The notes below the pieces were generated by a model that was not told the origin of the DNA, made no database searches, and worked only from the letters and a program-made list of their open reading frames with translations. A stretch of 64,000 nt of DNA from an uncultured Candidatus Saccharibacteria bacterium (lineage in GTDB: Bacteria; Patescibacteriota; Saccharimonadia; Saccharimonadales; AWTP1-31): the NCBI GenBank assembly GCA_964641545.1, contig CAZXLT010000002.1, forward strand, positions 4,934 through 68,933, in the 5' to 3' direction. This document shows, piece by piece, positions 1 to 9,292 of this stretch. Numbering within the stretch: position 1 is the stretch's first letter; every line of letters starts with the position of its first letter. A program made the translations under genes and the position numbers.

Positions 1-54
1 TAACAAAAATTCCAGACAATACTAGCAACGAGATAGTATTTTTAATGACGGATC

Positions 55-576
55 TCATTTACCAACCCCCGTTGCGCCCACTGCAATTACTTTTACCGCA
101 CCATTCATCCTAACCGTGGTCGCGCTTAACTTTACCTTATTTTTTGTTTTTAGAATCGGGCAGGAAGCTAAAACAATCTGCTGGGATTCTGTTTTGCCAA
201 TGCTGGACTCCTCGTATACACAATTTGAGATGTCTACATTGGCTATCGGTTTAATCATGGTCCGGTCTATGTCTTCTTCTTTTGGCTGATAGGCCGGGGC
301 AAACGCATCGTACACCTGTCTTGTATTAGCCACCTTAGCGTCAGCAAGCAGTTGGCGAACCACTGCAACTCTATCACCTTGGTTAGAGACCAGGGGTGTT
401 TGTTTTTTTGATGGAACAAACACCAATAAAAGCGCGATAATTACACAAAAAACCGAAAGACCCGCTAGAAGAACCAGCTTTTTGTTAGGTTTTTTTTGAA
501 CAGGTTGGGCTGGCTGCTGGTTCAAAAAACTATAGTCCGGTGCCGGATCTTTGTATTGCTCGTCCTGAGGGCTCAT
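55..576 (-). CDS. hypothetical membrane-anchored protein (one N-terminal TM helix, extracytoplasmic C-domain)
   Basis: 173-aa ORF. Pro/Gln-rich N-terminus followed by the hydrophobic segment LVLLAGLSVFCVIIALLLVF. No family recognised. Confidence 0.5.
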   Translation of the reverse strand: MSPQDEQYKDPAPDYSFLNQQPAQPVQKKPNKKLVLLAGLSVFCVIIALLLVFVPSKKQTPLVSNQGDRVAVVRQLLADAKVANTRQVYDAFAPAYQPKEEDIDRTMIKPIANVDISNCVYEESSIGKTESQQIVLASCPILKTKNKVKLSATTVRMNGAVKVIAVGATGVGK

Positions 577-592
577 ATGGTTATAGCTTTTC

Positions 593-3500
593 GTGTCTTT
601 ATTTACGTTCGATAACTATATAATAAAGCACTTTTATCGAACAGGGAAGGTCTACCCCATAAAGTATGTGGCGCTCCCTGTTGTTGTTTATGCTTCGGTG
701 CTCTATACTTTTCTTGTGAACCAAAAACTGAAACGGTTGGGTCTTGTTAGTATTGTTATTGTTTTTACGCTCATACACCTTTTACTACCTGTGTTGAGCG
801 TATCCGCAGAGACAATCACAACCCCAGACGCTACCTTTGAAAAAGAATATAAACGCTGGAAAGCCGCCCTGCTGCTCTCTAACTGTACCGACAATGACTT
901 TGATGAAAGTGATGACGAAATCGGTTCTCTTGGCGGCAAAGACGGTTACACCTGGGGAGCTGGTGACATCGGAGCAAGCAAAGTATTCGGCAAGCTCGCT
1001 AATATTAGCCTGAGCAGTAATGAACTCGACTGTTCAAGCAGCACAGTAAAAAACGCCCTGGGTAAGGCGGCCGGGTTCGATGACATTAGAGGGATTGAAG
1101 ATCTGTGGTTTCCGCCAACACATGCCGACGGGTCTTCACGCCGGGTAGATGACCACACCCCGCTTTCTGTCACGTTACATGATCTGATCGATAAGTACGG
1201 CAATGACCGTGCCGCAGTTCGCCGCGCCCTATTTGAATTCACCTTAAAAGACGACAAGAATCGTGGTCCCGATAAAAAAGTAGAGCTATCCGCAGGTGCG
1301 GTCTACTGGTACTGGAAGAACTCTGTTGCAAAAGATTGTTATGGCGGCTTCAGCGATGATTACGCCCGATTCCAGGCTGTTGACAGCACAAGCTTTCGTC
1401 AACCAAACGATGTCGCAAGCAAAGACTCCCCCGGGGGTGAATACAAGTCTGTGAATGAAAACGCTGGGAAATACACATTTAAGTACGCTGTTTTTGATGG
1501 AAATGGCATCCCCGATGATTTTGACGATACCGAAAATGTAGAAGGACTCGACAGCGATATTGTTGACGATCACTATACTGCCGGAGATACGGATGTTGCC
1601 GGCGGCGGTCAACCACCAGACTGCGTGGACATCGTTAACTTATTTAAGGGCAACCGTATGGATACTGGCATCGAGGAATACCTTCTCGAATATAAACGTC
1701 TCTTGCAGGAGTGCACCGATTCTGGCAAATCCGAAGAAGAATGTAAGACAGGACTTAAGACAAACCCGGATGTCGACACAACAGCCCCCCAAGAGAGCGA
1801 AGGCGATCAAGAGATCGAATTTCAGTGTAGCGTTTCGTTTAACCCAATTAGTTGGTTTGTGTGCCCGCTCGTGGCTGGGTTTGCTGAAGCGATCAACCAA
1901 TTGGACAAGCAAATTAATGAAATGTTGCGGATCGACACCGACACATATTTTGGGGATACCGATGTGGGCAACACATTTAAGTCTGTTTGGGCAAGTGTTC
2001 GCGCTATTTCCGTCAGTCTTCTGGTAGTTATTGGGCTTATCATGGTCATAGGCACCGCTATTGGCACAGGCTTTTTCGATGCGTATACCGTCAAAAAGGT
2101 CTTCCCGCGCCTTGTCATGGCAATAGTACTAATCTCGATATCCTGGCCGCTTATCATCTTTATAATCGACGCATCCAACTTTATGGGCATCGCTGTTCGC
2201 AGCCTTATACAAGGACCCTTTGCATCTAATTTCCAGAATGCTGTGAAGTTGGATGGCGCGCAGCTTTCGCTTGGTTCGTTGGGTATCGTTGGTCTTGGTA
2301 TGGCAATCGGACCAGTAGGGCTACTGACCTTTGTGGCCGGCGCTCTTATGGCAGTAGCGATCGCATTCTTAACGCTTATTCTGCGTGAAATACTGGTGAT
2401 CTTGCTGGCCGTTCTGGCCCCCGCGGCGATCGCAGCATACATATTGCCTAACACTCAAAAAGCGGGCAAGCTTTGGTGGGACTTCTTCTCCAAAGCATTG
2501 CTGGCGTTCCCAATTATTTCCGGGTTTGTTGCCATCGGTCGTGTGTTTGCAATTGTCTCTCAGCAAGACGGTGGGGGGGGAACGGTTCGTGGGTTCATTG
2601 GCTTTATTGCCTATTTTGCTCCGTATTTCGTCCTACCGAAGGCATTTGCCATGGCAGGTGGGGCCCTAGGGAACTTGTCTGGCATAGTAAACGATCGCAG
2701 CAAAGGCGCGTTTGACCGACTACGCAAAGTCCGCCAGAACAAAGCCAAGGATAACTTGGAGCGCGTCAAAGCAGGTAACTACTTGCGAAGCGGCAAAGCT
2801 GATGGCACAAAATGGCAAAGACGATTCCAAAAATTTAATACCGCACTCCAAACTGGGTCGTTAATTCCAAAGGCTGGCTTTAACCCTGGAGATATCCGTG
2901 GAACACGCTGGAGAGAGAATGTAACGGGTGCACGAGCCCTTGCCAATACCGCTCATGCCCTGCATCTCTTAGAGCAAGACCAAAATATTAAGCTACTTAC
3001 AGCAAACGATGATGTTATCGATGCATACGTAGCGGGCCAAGGAAACGAAAGCTCGATTCGCACAACACTGCAAGACAAGGGCTACAGTAATGAATCAATT
3101 TCAGAGATCATGGGTCAGCTCCGCGTTGCACAGAGGACGCACGGCGACCATGCATTGCAGATGATTATGCCTGTAGCCAACGCTGGAACAGGCACCGGCT
3201 ATAAAGATGGTGTGTACGACATGAAGGCCGCCCTTGCCAGGGGTGCTCATGGGAGCATGACGACATATTCGGCAATGCTTGCCGCTGCAAGACAGCGTGC
3301 GATAGCTGGGCGACGAGGCGACCTGGCCCATGGTGGATTTGGCACAAACATGCGGTTTGGCGCGCGAATTGTTGAAGCCGGCGCGGCTGGACAAGAGTAT
3401 ATTGACATGAACGATCCGGAACTAAGCCTATCCACAGAAGAACGAGAAGCGTGGATGAATTCATTCACCGAAGAAGAGCGCACGCAAGGAATAGAGATAC

Positions 3501-4138
3501 GCGATCCGCAAGGAGGCACCAATCCGGATGGCAGCGCCCGAACAGTACGTCTTGCACCCGGAGTTGTACCCATTAAAGAATATATTAACCGCTCAATCAC
3601 CGATAACGCACTGTTCGTAAACGGTGCTGGTGCAGTTATCTCTATGCGCGGAGACTCGTTCAAAAATATGGTTCCGGCTATCAACCGTCGTATTGATAGA
3701 GCAAAAGATGCAGTGGACAAGGCTTTGGCTGCCGATGCAGCAGGGTCCACCCCAGAAACCCAGCAGGCCCGTGCTGCTGCCGAACAACGCTGGGTTCAAG
3801 TACTTGCGGAAACTAAGGCGTTTCATGATGTTGCTTCCCAGGTTGCTCCCGAAAACGCCGAATTGCTGTCTGCAGAGGTCTTGTCTCGTCCGGCCAAAGT
3901 TCCGTATACAGATGGCAGTATACGCGACGGGAAGTTAGTAGATTTGTTTGATGCCTATACAAACGACGAGGCCTGGAATCAGATGCGCATGGACTACCGT
4001 CGTAGCATACAGGGGTCGTACATGACCGCAGAGCAAGCCTCACAGCAAGCTCAATTGCTGCAAGCCCAAGGACTGACAGGAGGACTTCCCCCAGTACCCG
4101 GTGTTGGTATACCCCCTGCGGTACCTCCAGCAGGTTAA
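593..4138 (+). CDS. giant polytopic membrane protein, VirB6/TrbL-like T4SS channel component (putative)
   Basis: 1181-aa ORF with a GTG start. The start is uncertain because only 16 bp separate it from the divergent ORF; an in-frame GTG lies at 668. It has an N-terminal signal/anchor (LLLPVLSVSA|ET), an acidic Cys-containing ectodomain, a central block of multiple hydrophobic helices (roughly aa 480-700) and a long soluble tail ending Pro-rich. It is the first gene of the VirB4 locus. Confidence 0.5.
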   Translation: MSLFTFDNYIIKHFYRTGKVYPIKYVALPVVVYASVLYTFLVNQKLKRLGLVSIVIVFTLIHLLLPVLSVSAETITTPDATFEKEYKRWKAALLLSNCTDNDFDESDDEIGSLGGKDGYTWGAGDIGASKVFGKLANISLSSNELDCSSSTVKNALGKAAGFDDIRGIEDLWFPPTHADGSSRRVDDHTPLSVTLHDLIDKYGNDRAAVRRALFEFTLKDDKNRGPDKKVELSAGAVYWYWKNSVAKDCYGGFSDDYARFQAVDSTSFRQPNDVASKDSPGGEYKSVNENAGKYTFKYAVFDGNGIPDDFDDTENVEGLDSDIVDDHYTAGDTDVAGGGQPPDCVDIVNLFKGNRMDTGIEEYLLEYKRLLQECTDSGKSEEECKTGLKTNPDVDTTAPQESEGDQEIEFQCSVSFNPISWFVCPLVAGFAEAINQLDKQINEMLRIDTDTYFGDTDVGNTFKSVWASVRAISVSLLVVIGLIMVIGTAIGTGFFDAYTVKKVFPRLVMAIVLISISWPLIIFIIDASNFMGIAVRSLIQGPFASNFQNAVKLDGAQLSLGSLGIVGLGMAIGPVGLLTFVAGALMAVAIAFLTLILREILVILLAVLAPAAIAAYILPNTQKAGKLWWDFFSKALLAFPIISGFVAIGRVFAIVSQQDGGGGTVRGFIGFIAYFAPYFVLPKAFAMAGGALGNLSGIVNDRSKGAFDRLRKVRQNKAKDNLERVKAGNYLRSGKADGTKWQRRFQKFNTALQTGSLIPKAGFNPGDIRGTRWRENVTGARALANTAHALHLLEQDQNIKLLTANDDVIDAYVAGQGNESSIRTTLQDKGYSNESISEIMGQLRVAQRTHGDHALQMIMPVANAGTGTGYKDGVYDMKAALARGAHGSMTTYSAMLAAARQRAIAGRRGDLAHGGFGTNMRFGARIVEAGAAGQEYIDMNDPELSLSTEEREAWMNSFTEEERTQGIEIRDPQGGTNPDGSARTVRLAPGVVPIKEYINRSITDNALFVNGAGAVISMRGDSFKNMVPAINRRIDRAKDAVDKALAADAAGSTPETQQARAAAEQRWVQVLAETKAFHDVASQVAPENAELLSAEVLSRPAKVPYTDGSIRDGKLVDLFDAYTNDEAWNQMRMDYRRSIQGSYMTAEQASQQAQLLQAQGLTGGLPPVPGVGIPPAVPPAG

Positions 4139-4215
4139 AAGGGGGTTGAGCGAAGCCATGAAGACCTCATCATCCAAGATTGACAATTTTATATTTTTGT
4201 GTTAATAATAATACT

Positions 4216-5277
4216 ATGACCGATCCGATCCCTCCAACAGGCGGCCCAGGCCCAGAAGGAGCAGAACCTGCCCCAGGCTTTATGGATATGTCGGGATTTG
4301 CGCCTCCTGCCAGTGCCCCAGAAGAAACCCCGCCAGAACCCCAGCCTACTGCACTACGCAATGACGCTACTGGCAGAATTCTCCTAGAACCTGGTCCACT
4401 TGGCAAAGGCGATGGAATCTACCCTATTTCTGAAGCGGCATTCGTACCGATATCACCAAGCACGATTAAGCTTTCCCGTAAAATACGAGAAGAACTTACT
4501 GATTATAGGCACCAGGCAGCCGATCAATTATTCAACGAGACAAACCGCCCTGTGGATAATGTGAGGGCAGTTTTTGGCGGCGTAAGAAAAGCTATTCTGA
4601 CCAGGAGATTAAGGCTGGCAGAGCGGAGAGCTGCAAGCGCAGAAGACCTTGCCGGTAGCTCTGAATACATTGGTCACGCCGTGATCCACCGTGAGCCATA
4701 CCGTAGAATTTTTCGTAGCGAGGAGGAGTTTGCTGGCACTGCGAGACAGTCTACAAACCCATATTCTCATGAGCTACTCGATGGCAACCCCGCCACAATG
4801 AAACGTGTGAGACCACACACTCGCAGGCAGATACTTCTTGCTGAGAGGTTGCAGAAAATCAACAAAGAAAGAGCCCATGCAATAACCATCCCAAACTTTA
4901 TGCACGGTCTAGAAGATCTAAAGGGTAATACTGTAAGCAAAGGTATTGCACGCCAGGTATCGCAGAGCAGGGTGCCGAGCGAGACAGAGTCCTTAAGCAG
5001 ACGAGAGCGAAGGGATTTACGCCAAGAGCGAGAGCTGCTTCACCATGCAGAACACCACTTACATGACGCTGATGGCAAGTTTGTCAGGGCAGTTGTTCGC
5101 CCACACCGACAAGCAACAGCTCGCAGGATCGAAGCGATCCAGCTCCGGCGCAGAATAGCATCGATTGATGCCGCTCAAGATGCTCGTAGAGAGCGCAGGG
5201 AAGAACGGCGACGCCAAAGAGAAGAAGCCCGCGCCAGACGCCGGGGTAGCGACGAAGACGAAACTCTGACCCCTTAA
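4216..5277 (+). CDS. hypothetical protein, Pro-rich N-terminus and Arg/Glu-rich C-terminus
   Basis: The ORF track starts at TTG 4180, but ATG 4216 (MTDPIPPTGGPGPEG...) is the more plausible start. The C-terminal charged tract is RRERREERRRQREEARARRR. No family recognised. Confidence 0.45.
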   Translation: MTDPIPPTGGPGPEGAEPAPGFMDMSGFAPPASAPEETPPEPQPTALRNDATGRILLEPGPLGKGDGIYPISEAAFVPISPSTIKLSRKIREELTDYRHQAADQLFNETNRPVDNVRAVFGGVRKAILTRRLRLAERRAASAEDLAGSSEYIGHAVIHREPYRRIFRSEEEFAGTARQSTNPYSHELLDGNPATMKRVRPHTRRQILLAERLQKINKERAHAITIPNFMHGLEDLKGNTVSKGIARQVSQSRVPSETESLSRRERRDLRQERELLHHAEHHLHDADGKFVRAVVRPHRQATARRIEAIQLRRRIASIDAAQDARRERREERRRQREEARARRRGSDEDETLTP

Positions 5278-5313
5278 TTTACTTATGTCTTAATCGAAGT
5301 TATTATGTAGTTA

Positions 5314-6420
5314 ATGGCTACATATAAAGTGCTCCAGGACATTGAGGCAGAGGATAAGTTTCTTGGCCCTTTGACCTTAAAACAGTGCATTCTTGCTGGG
5401 ATAACAGCAATAGGTCTCTATTTGAGTGGTTTTTTTCTGTCCAGAGGCATTTGGATTATTGCAGTCGCTTTGTTCCCGTTTGAGTTGGTGCTAGGATTTT
5501 TAGCGTTTCCGTGGGGACGCGACCAACCAACCGAGATCTGGCTACTGGCGAAGCTTCGTTACTTGTTTAAGCCGCGACGACGTATCTGGGACCAATCTGG
5601 CATACAGGAACTGGTAAAAATAACCGTTCCTAAAAAAGTTGAGGAGCATTTAACCGATGGTCTAAGCAATACCGAGGTAAAAAGCCGGCTGAAAGCACTT
5701 GCCGACACCATCGATAGCCGCGGATGGGTTATTAAGAATGTCGATGTGAACATGTTCACTCAACCAGCGTACGGCGCTTTAGCTGCAGGCACCGCTTCCG
5801 ATTCCGACCGATTAGTTGACTTGTCTTCGGTGTCTCACCAAGCAGCTCCTTCTGGTGTAACGGCCAACGATGACATATTCAGCAATCCTTTGTCTGCCAA
5901 GCTTGACGCTCAGATTGCGCAGTCAAAGCAGCAGCACCAAACAAAAGCTGTACACCACATGCAGCACGAAAGCAAAAAAGCTTCGCTGCCGCCTGATGAG
6001 CAGGCAAAGAAAGACCCCAGCAAGGACTTTTGGTTTATGGATCAGCCGCAATTAGCGCAGCAGGAAGGTTATACCATGTTTAAAGGCACCCAAGTTAAGC
6101 CAGGTCAAAGTACCGATCCTAATCTGCTAGGAGAGACCCGCAAAGATGACCTGCTAGATAGCGACTCAAGGGCTTTGCTTGATAAAGTCCACAGAGATAA
6201 AAGCCACAGCCATGATACATTCCGCAACCATCGACATATTGATCCATTTGACCCGTCAAAACAGGCTTCACCCACGGTGACAGCCACTCCTGCTCCTGAT
6301 ATACTAAATGCAGCAATCGACAATAATCGATTTGTCGACGGCTTGGCGCGAGAAGCTCGTAAAAATCACCCCGAGCAACCAGATGCGCCTGATGATGAAG
6401 TGGTTGTTTCGCTTCACTAA
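5314..6420 (+). CDS. PrgI-family / VirB3-like T4SS membrane protein with a long low-complexity C-terminal extension
   Basis: The N-terminus YKVLQDIEAEDKFLGPLTLKQCILAGITAIGLYLSGFF plus a second TM helix, then WGRDQPTEIWLLAKLRYLFKPRRRIW, matches the PrgI-family pattern known from Gram-positive conjugation loci. It lies upstream of VirB4. Confidence 0.6.
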   Translation: MATYKVLQDIEAEDKFLGPLTLKQCILAGITAIGLYLSGFFLSRGIWIIAVALFPFELVLGFLAFPWGRDQPTEIWLLAKLRYLFKPRRRIWDQSGIQELVKITVPKKVEEHLTDGLSNTEVKSRLKALADTIDSRGWVIKNVDVNMFTQPAYGALAAGTASDSDRLVDLSSVSHQAAPSGVTANDDIFSNPLSAKLDAQIAQSKQQHQTKAVHHMQHESKKASLPPDEQAKKDPSKDFWFMDQPQLAQQEGYTMFKGTQVKPGQSTDPNLLGETRKDDLLDSDSRALLDKVHRDKSHSHDTFRNHRHIDPFDPSKQASPTVTATPAPDILNAAIDNNRFVDGLAREARKNHPEQPDAPDDEVVVSLH

Positions 6421-6455
6421 GCACTAACTTTGTAGGGTGGGGTAACTAAGTATCT

Positions 6456-7376
6456 ATGGATCCAACGACAAACCAGTCTCCATACAATGTTCCTGTTGGC
6501 GCTAACCCATACGCAAATCCTGTCGCACCACAAGGCTATGCACCCCCCGGGGCACCTCCTCCAGCAACGTTCCCTGGACAACCCATACAAGAATCTCAAC
6601 AAGTACCCCAAACTCAGCCTGGCGTTAAGCCAATGGCACCAAAGTCTAACCCAAATAGCACGCAGAACGCGCTGCAAATTGCGGAAATCCGCGATGGAAT
6701 TGTAATCATGAATGACGGGTCATTTCGCTCTGTCATCATGCTCAAGTCTATTAACTTTGACTTAATGAGCCCCCAGGAACGTGAAGCTGTGGAGTTTAGT
6801 TACCAAGGATTTTTGAACTCTCTATATTTTCCTATACAAATCACTGTTCGATCTCAGAAAGTTGATCTTGGCCCCTACATAGAAAAGCTCGTAAAAATTC
6901 GAAGCGAACACGACAACATGTTGCTCGCCCTGCTCATGGAAGACTACATTGCATACATGGACCAGCTAAGCGGCCAAACAAACATCATGGATAAGAAGTT
7001 CTATCTTGTCATCCCGTATTTCCCGGTTGCCGATGCGCAAAAAGCGCTTCAAGAAAGTAAGAAACTATTTTCTGGTATTAGCGGAATGTTTGGCAACAAA
7101 CCCCAGGAACAGGTGATCATTAACGAAGGCGACCTGATAAAGGCCAAGGACGAGCTTAGAAACATGGTACAGGCAGTGCTTGCTGGTTTAGCACAATGCC
7201 AAGTCCAAGGATTGCCCCTCGATACACAAGAGCTTATAGAGCTATACTACGATTCGTATAATCCAGACACCGCAACCAGACAGGAGTTAAAAAACTTTAA
7301 CGACCTAAGTGCGCCGGTTATAACAAAAGGACAAGGACAGGCCCCTCAGCCTGGTCTAGATAGGAACTCGCAGTAA
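6456..7376 (+). CDS. hypothetical protein; its core resembles the N-terminal (non-ATPase) domain of VirB4-type proteins
   Basis: 306-aa ORF with a Pro-rich N-terminus. The core IAEIRDGIVIMNDGSFRSVIMLKSINFDLMSPQEREAVEFSYQGFLNSLYFPIQI...KKFYLVIPYF parallels the first ~170 aa of the next gene. Its stop overlaps the VirB4 start (TAATG). Confidence 0.4.
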   Translation: MDPTTNQSPYNVPVGANPYANPVAPQGYAPPGAPPPATFPGQPIQESQQVPQTQPGVKPMAPKSNPNSTQNALQIAEIRDGIVIMNDGSFRSVIMLKSINFDLMSPQEREAVEFSYQGFLNSLYFPIQITVRSQKVDLGPYIEKLVKIRSEHDNMLLALLMEDYIAYMDQLSGQTNIMDKKFYLVIPYFPVADAQKALQESKKLFSGISGMFGNKPQEQVIINEGDLIKAKDELRNMVQAVLAGLAQCQVQGLPLDTQELIELYYDSYNPDTATRQELKNFNDLSAPVITKGQGQAPQPGLDRNSQ

Positions 7377-9289
7377 TGGCATTTCGTAAGAAAAAACAAG
7401 AGCTTGACCCAGTAGCCATTGCCCAGGCTCAACGCTTGCGGGAAGAACAAGAGGTCAGTGCCGCGTTCCAGAAAGGCGTAACAGCACTGCGCGATTTTAT
7501 CGCTCCAAGCTCTTTGGTGTATGAAAATGCTATGTTTCATATCGGGACGCGATTCGCACGAACGTATTACGTGTTTGGATATCCTCGACAGTTATTCACA
7601 GGTTGGCTTAGCAGCATGGTTAACCTGGACGAAGTCATGGACTTATCAATTTTTGTGTACCCAGTGGAAAGCCAAGCTGTACTTGAAAATTTACGCAAGA
7701 AGGTGACGCAGCTCGAGGCCGGCATACAAATTGATGCAGAAAAAGGACGCGTTAGAGACCCTGCGAAGCAGGCTGCTATTATGGACGCCGAGGAAATGCG
7801 CGACAAACTCCAGGTGGGTGAGGAGCGTTTTTTCCGGTTTGGCTTGTACTTTACGGTGTATGGAGACAGTAAAGACGAGCTCGAATTTGTTGCGCATAAG
7901 GTCGAGTCTATCCTTGGTCAACAGCTGGTATATTCAAAACCGGCCACATCACAACAAGAGCAAGGCTTCAACAGTACTATTCCCCAGTTTAGTGATCAGC
8001 TGCAGATTCGTCGCAACATGAATACCGGTGCTATTAGCACAACATTTCCGTTTACTTCAGCGGATCTGAGCCAGGAGAGTGGCATTTTGTACGGAATTAA
8101 TATGCACAACTCTGGGCTGGTTATTTTCGACCGCTTTAGTCTGGAAAACAGTAACTCCGTTATTTTCGCCAAATCAGGTGCAGGTAAAAGCTTTACGGTC
8201 AAACTCGAAGCGCTTAGAAGCTTGATGTTTGGGACAGAGATATTTATTATCGACCCTGAGAACGAGTACCAGCGAATGTGCGAAGCAGTTGGCGGCGCCT
8301 ACGTACGACTTAGCCTTAATTCTGCAACCCGGATTAACCCATTTGACCTCCCTAAAGTTACCGACGCCGAAGAAGCCGACAACGCTTTGCGCAGCAACAT
8401 TATTACACTGCACGGCCTACTCCGTTTGATGATGGGTGGGGCACAGTCACAAATGGTGGCAGGTGGTGGTGTTGCGGCCGTTCCAGCTCTTACACCAGTT
8501 GAAGAGTCTGATCTCGACGCAGCACTAATCGAAACATATGCTAAGGTCGGGATTACAAACGACCCCCTTACCCACAACGCTGTACCGCCAACCATTGCAG
8601 ACCTCTACGATGTGCTCTTGCATATGGGAGGAACCGGACCACAGCTCGCACAAAGGCTGCGCAAGTACACAACCGGAACGTTTGCTGGAATATTTAGCCA
8701 GCAATCGAACACTGACGTAAATAATCCTCTTGTTGTATTCAATATTCGTGACCTAGAAGACGAACTCCGCCCAGTTGCTATGTACATTGTGTTGAACTTT
8801 ATCTGGAACAAGACCAAGAGTGATGTAAAAAAACGTATCCTGATTATTGATGAAGCCTGGCAATTAATGAAGTACGAAGACTCTGCAAACTTCATGTTTA
8901 GCCTTGCAAAAAGAGCCCGTAAGTATAACCTCGGTATTACTACCATTAGCCAGGATGTTGAAGACTTCATGGGCAGTCGAATGGGGAGGGCTATTGTTGC
9001 GAATGCCAGTATGCAGATTTTGCTCAAACAATCCAGTAGCGCTGTCGATGTACTGGCAGACGTGTTTAAGCTGACCAGTGAAGAAAAAAAACGTCTGAGC
9101 CAATTTCCCGTAGGGCAAGGCCTTTTCTTTGCTGGGCAAAGTCACGTGCATATTCAAATTTCCGCTAGCCCGACAGAAGCAGGACTAATAACCACAAATC
9201 CTCAACAAGTACAACAGATGCAGCAAGGTGCATTTGATCAGCCGCAAGGTACTATAGACCTTTCTAACAGGCTTACCCCGGGAGTCTAG
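7376..9289 (+). CDS. virB4: VirB4-family type IV secretion ATPase
   Basis: 637 aa. Walker A is VIFAKSGAGKSF and Walker B is KRILIIDEAWQLM. IIDPENEY and ITTISQDVEDF segments are typical of TrsE/TraE/VirB4 (AAA_10/DUF87-type) ATPases. Confidence 0.85.
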   Translation: MAFRKKKQELDPVAIAQAQRLREEQEVSAAFQKGVTALRDFIAPSSLVYENAMFHIGTRFARTYYVFGYPRQLFTGWLSSMVNLDEVMDLSIFVYPVESQAVLENLRKKVTQLEAGIQIDAEKGRVRDPAKQAAIMDAEEMRDKLQVGEERFFRFGLYFTVYGDSKDELEFVAHKVESILGQQLVYSKPATSQQEQGFNSTIPQFSDQLQIRRNMNTGAISTTFPFTSADLSQESGILYGINMHNSGLVIFDRFSLENSNSVIFAKSGAGKSFTVKLEALRSLMFGTEIFIIDPENEYQRMCEAVGGAYVRLSLNSATRINPFDLPKVTDAEEADNALRSNIITLHGLLRLMMGGAQSQMVAGGGVAAVPALTPVEESDLDAALIETYAKVGITNDPLTHNAVPPTIADLYDVLLHMGGTGPQLAQRLRKYTTGTFAGIFSQQSNTDVNNPLVVFNIRDLEDELRPVAMYIVLNFIWNKTKSDVKKRILIIDEAWQLMKYEDSANFMFSLAKRARKYNLGITTISQDVEDFMGSRMGRAIVANASMQILLKQSSSAVDVLADVFKLTSEEKKRLSQFPVGQGLFFAGQSHVHIQISASPTEAGLITTNPQQVQQMQQGAFDQPQGTIDLSNRLTPGV

Positions 9290-9292
9290 CAA

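Noticed and set aside
1822-2454. 210-aa minus-strand ORF, plus other antisense ORFs at 703-939, 946-1257, 1286-1612 and 3247-3750, all inside the VirB6-like gene
   Set aside because: They lie entirely within and antisense to a much longer ORF with coherent membrane-protein features. Their compositions are low-complexity and Arg/Ser/Cys-rich, typical of shadow frames in GC-richer coding DNA. They have no motifs.
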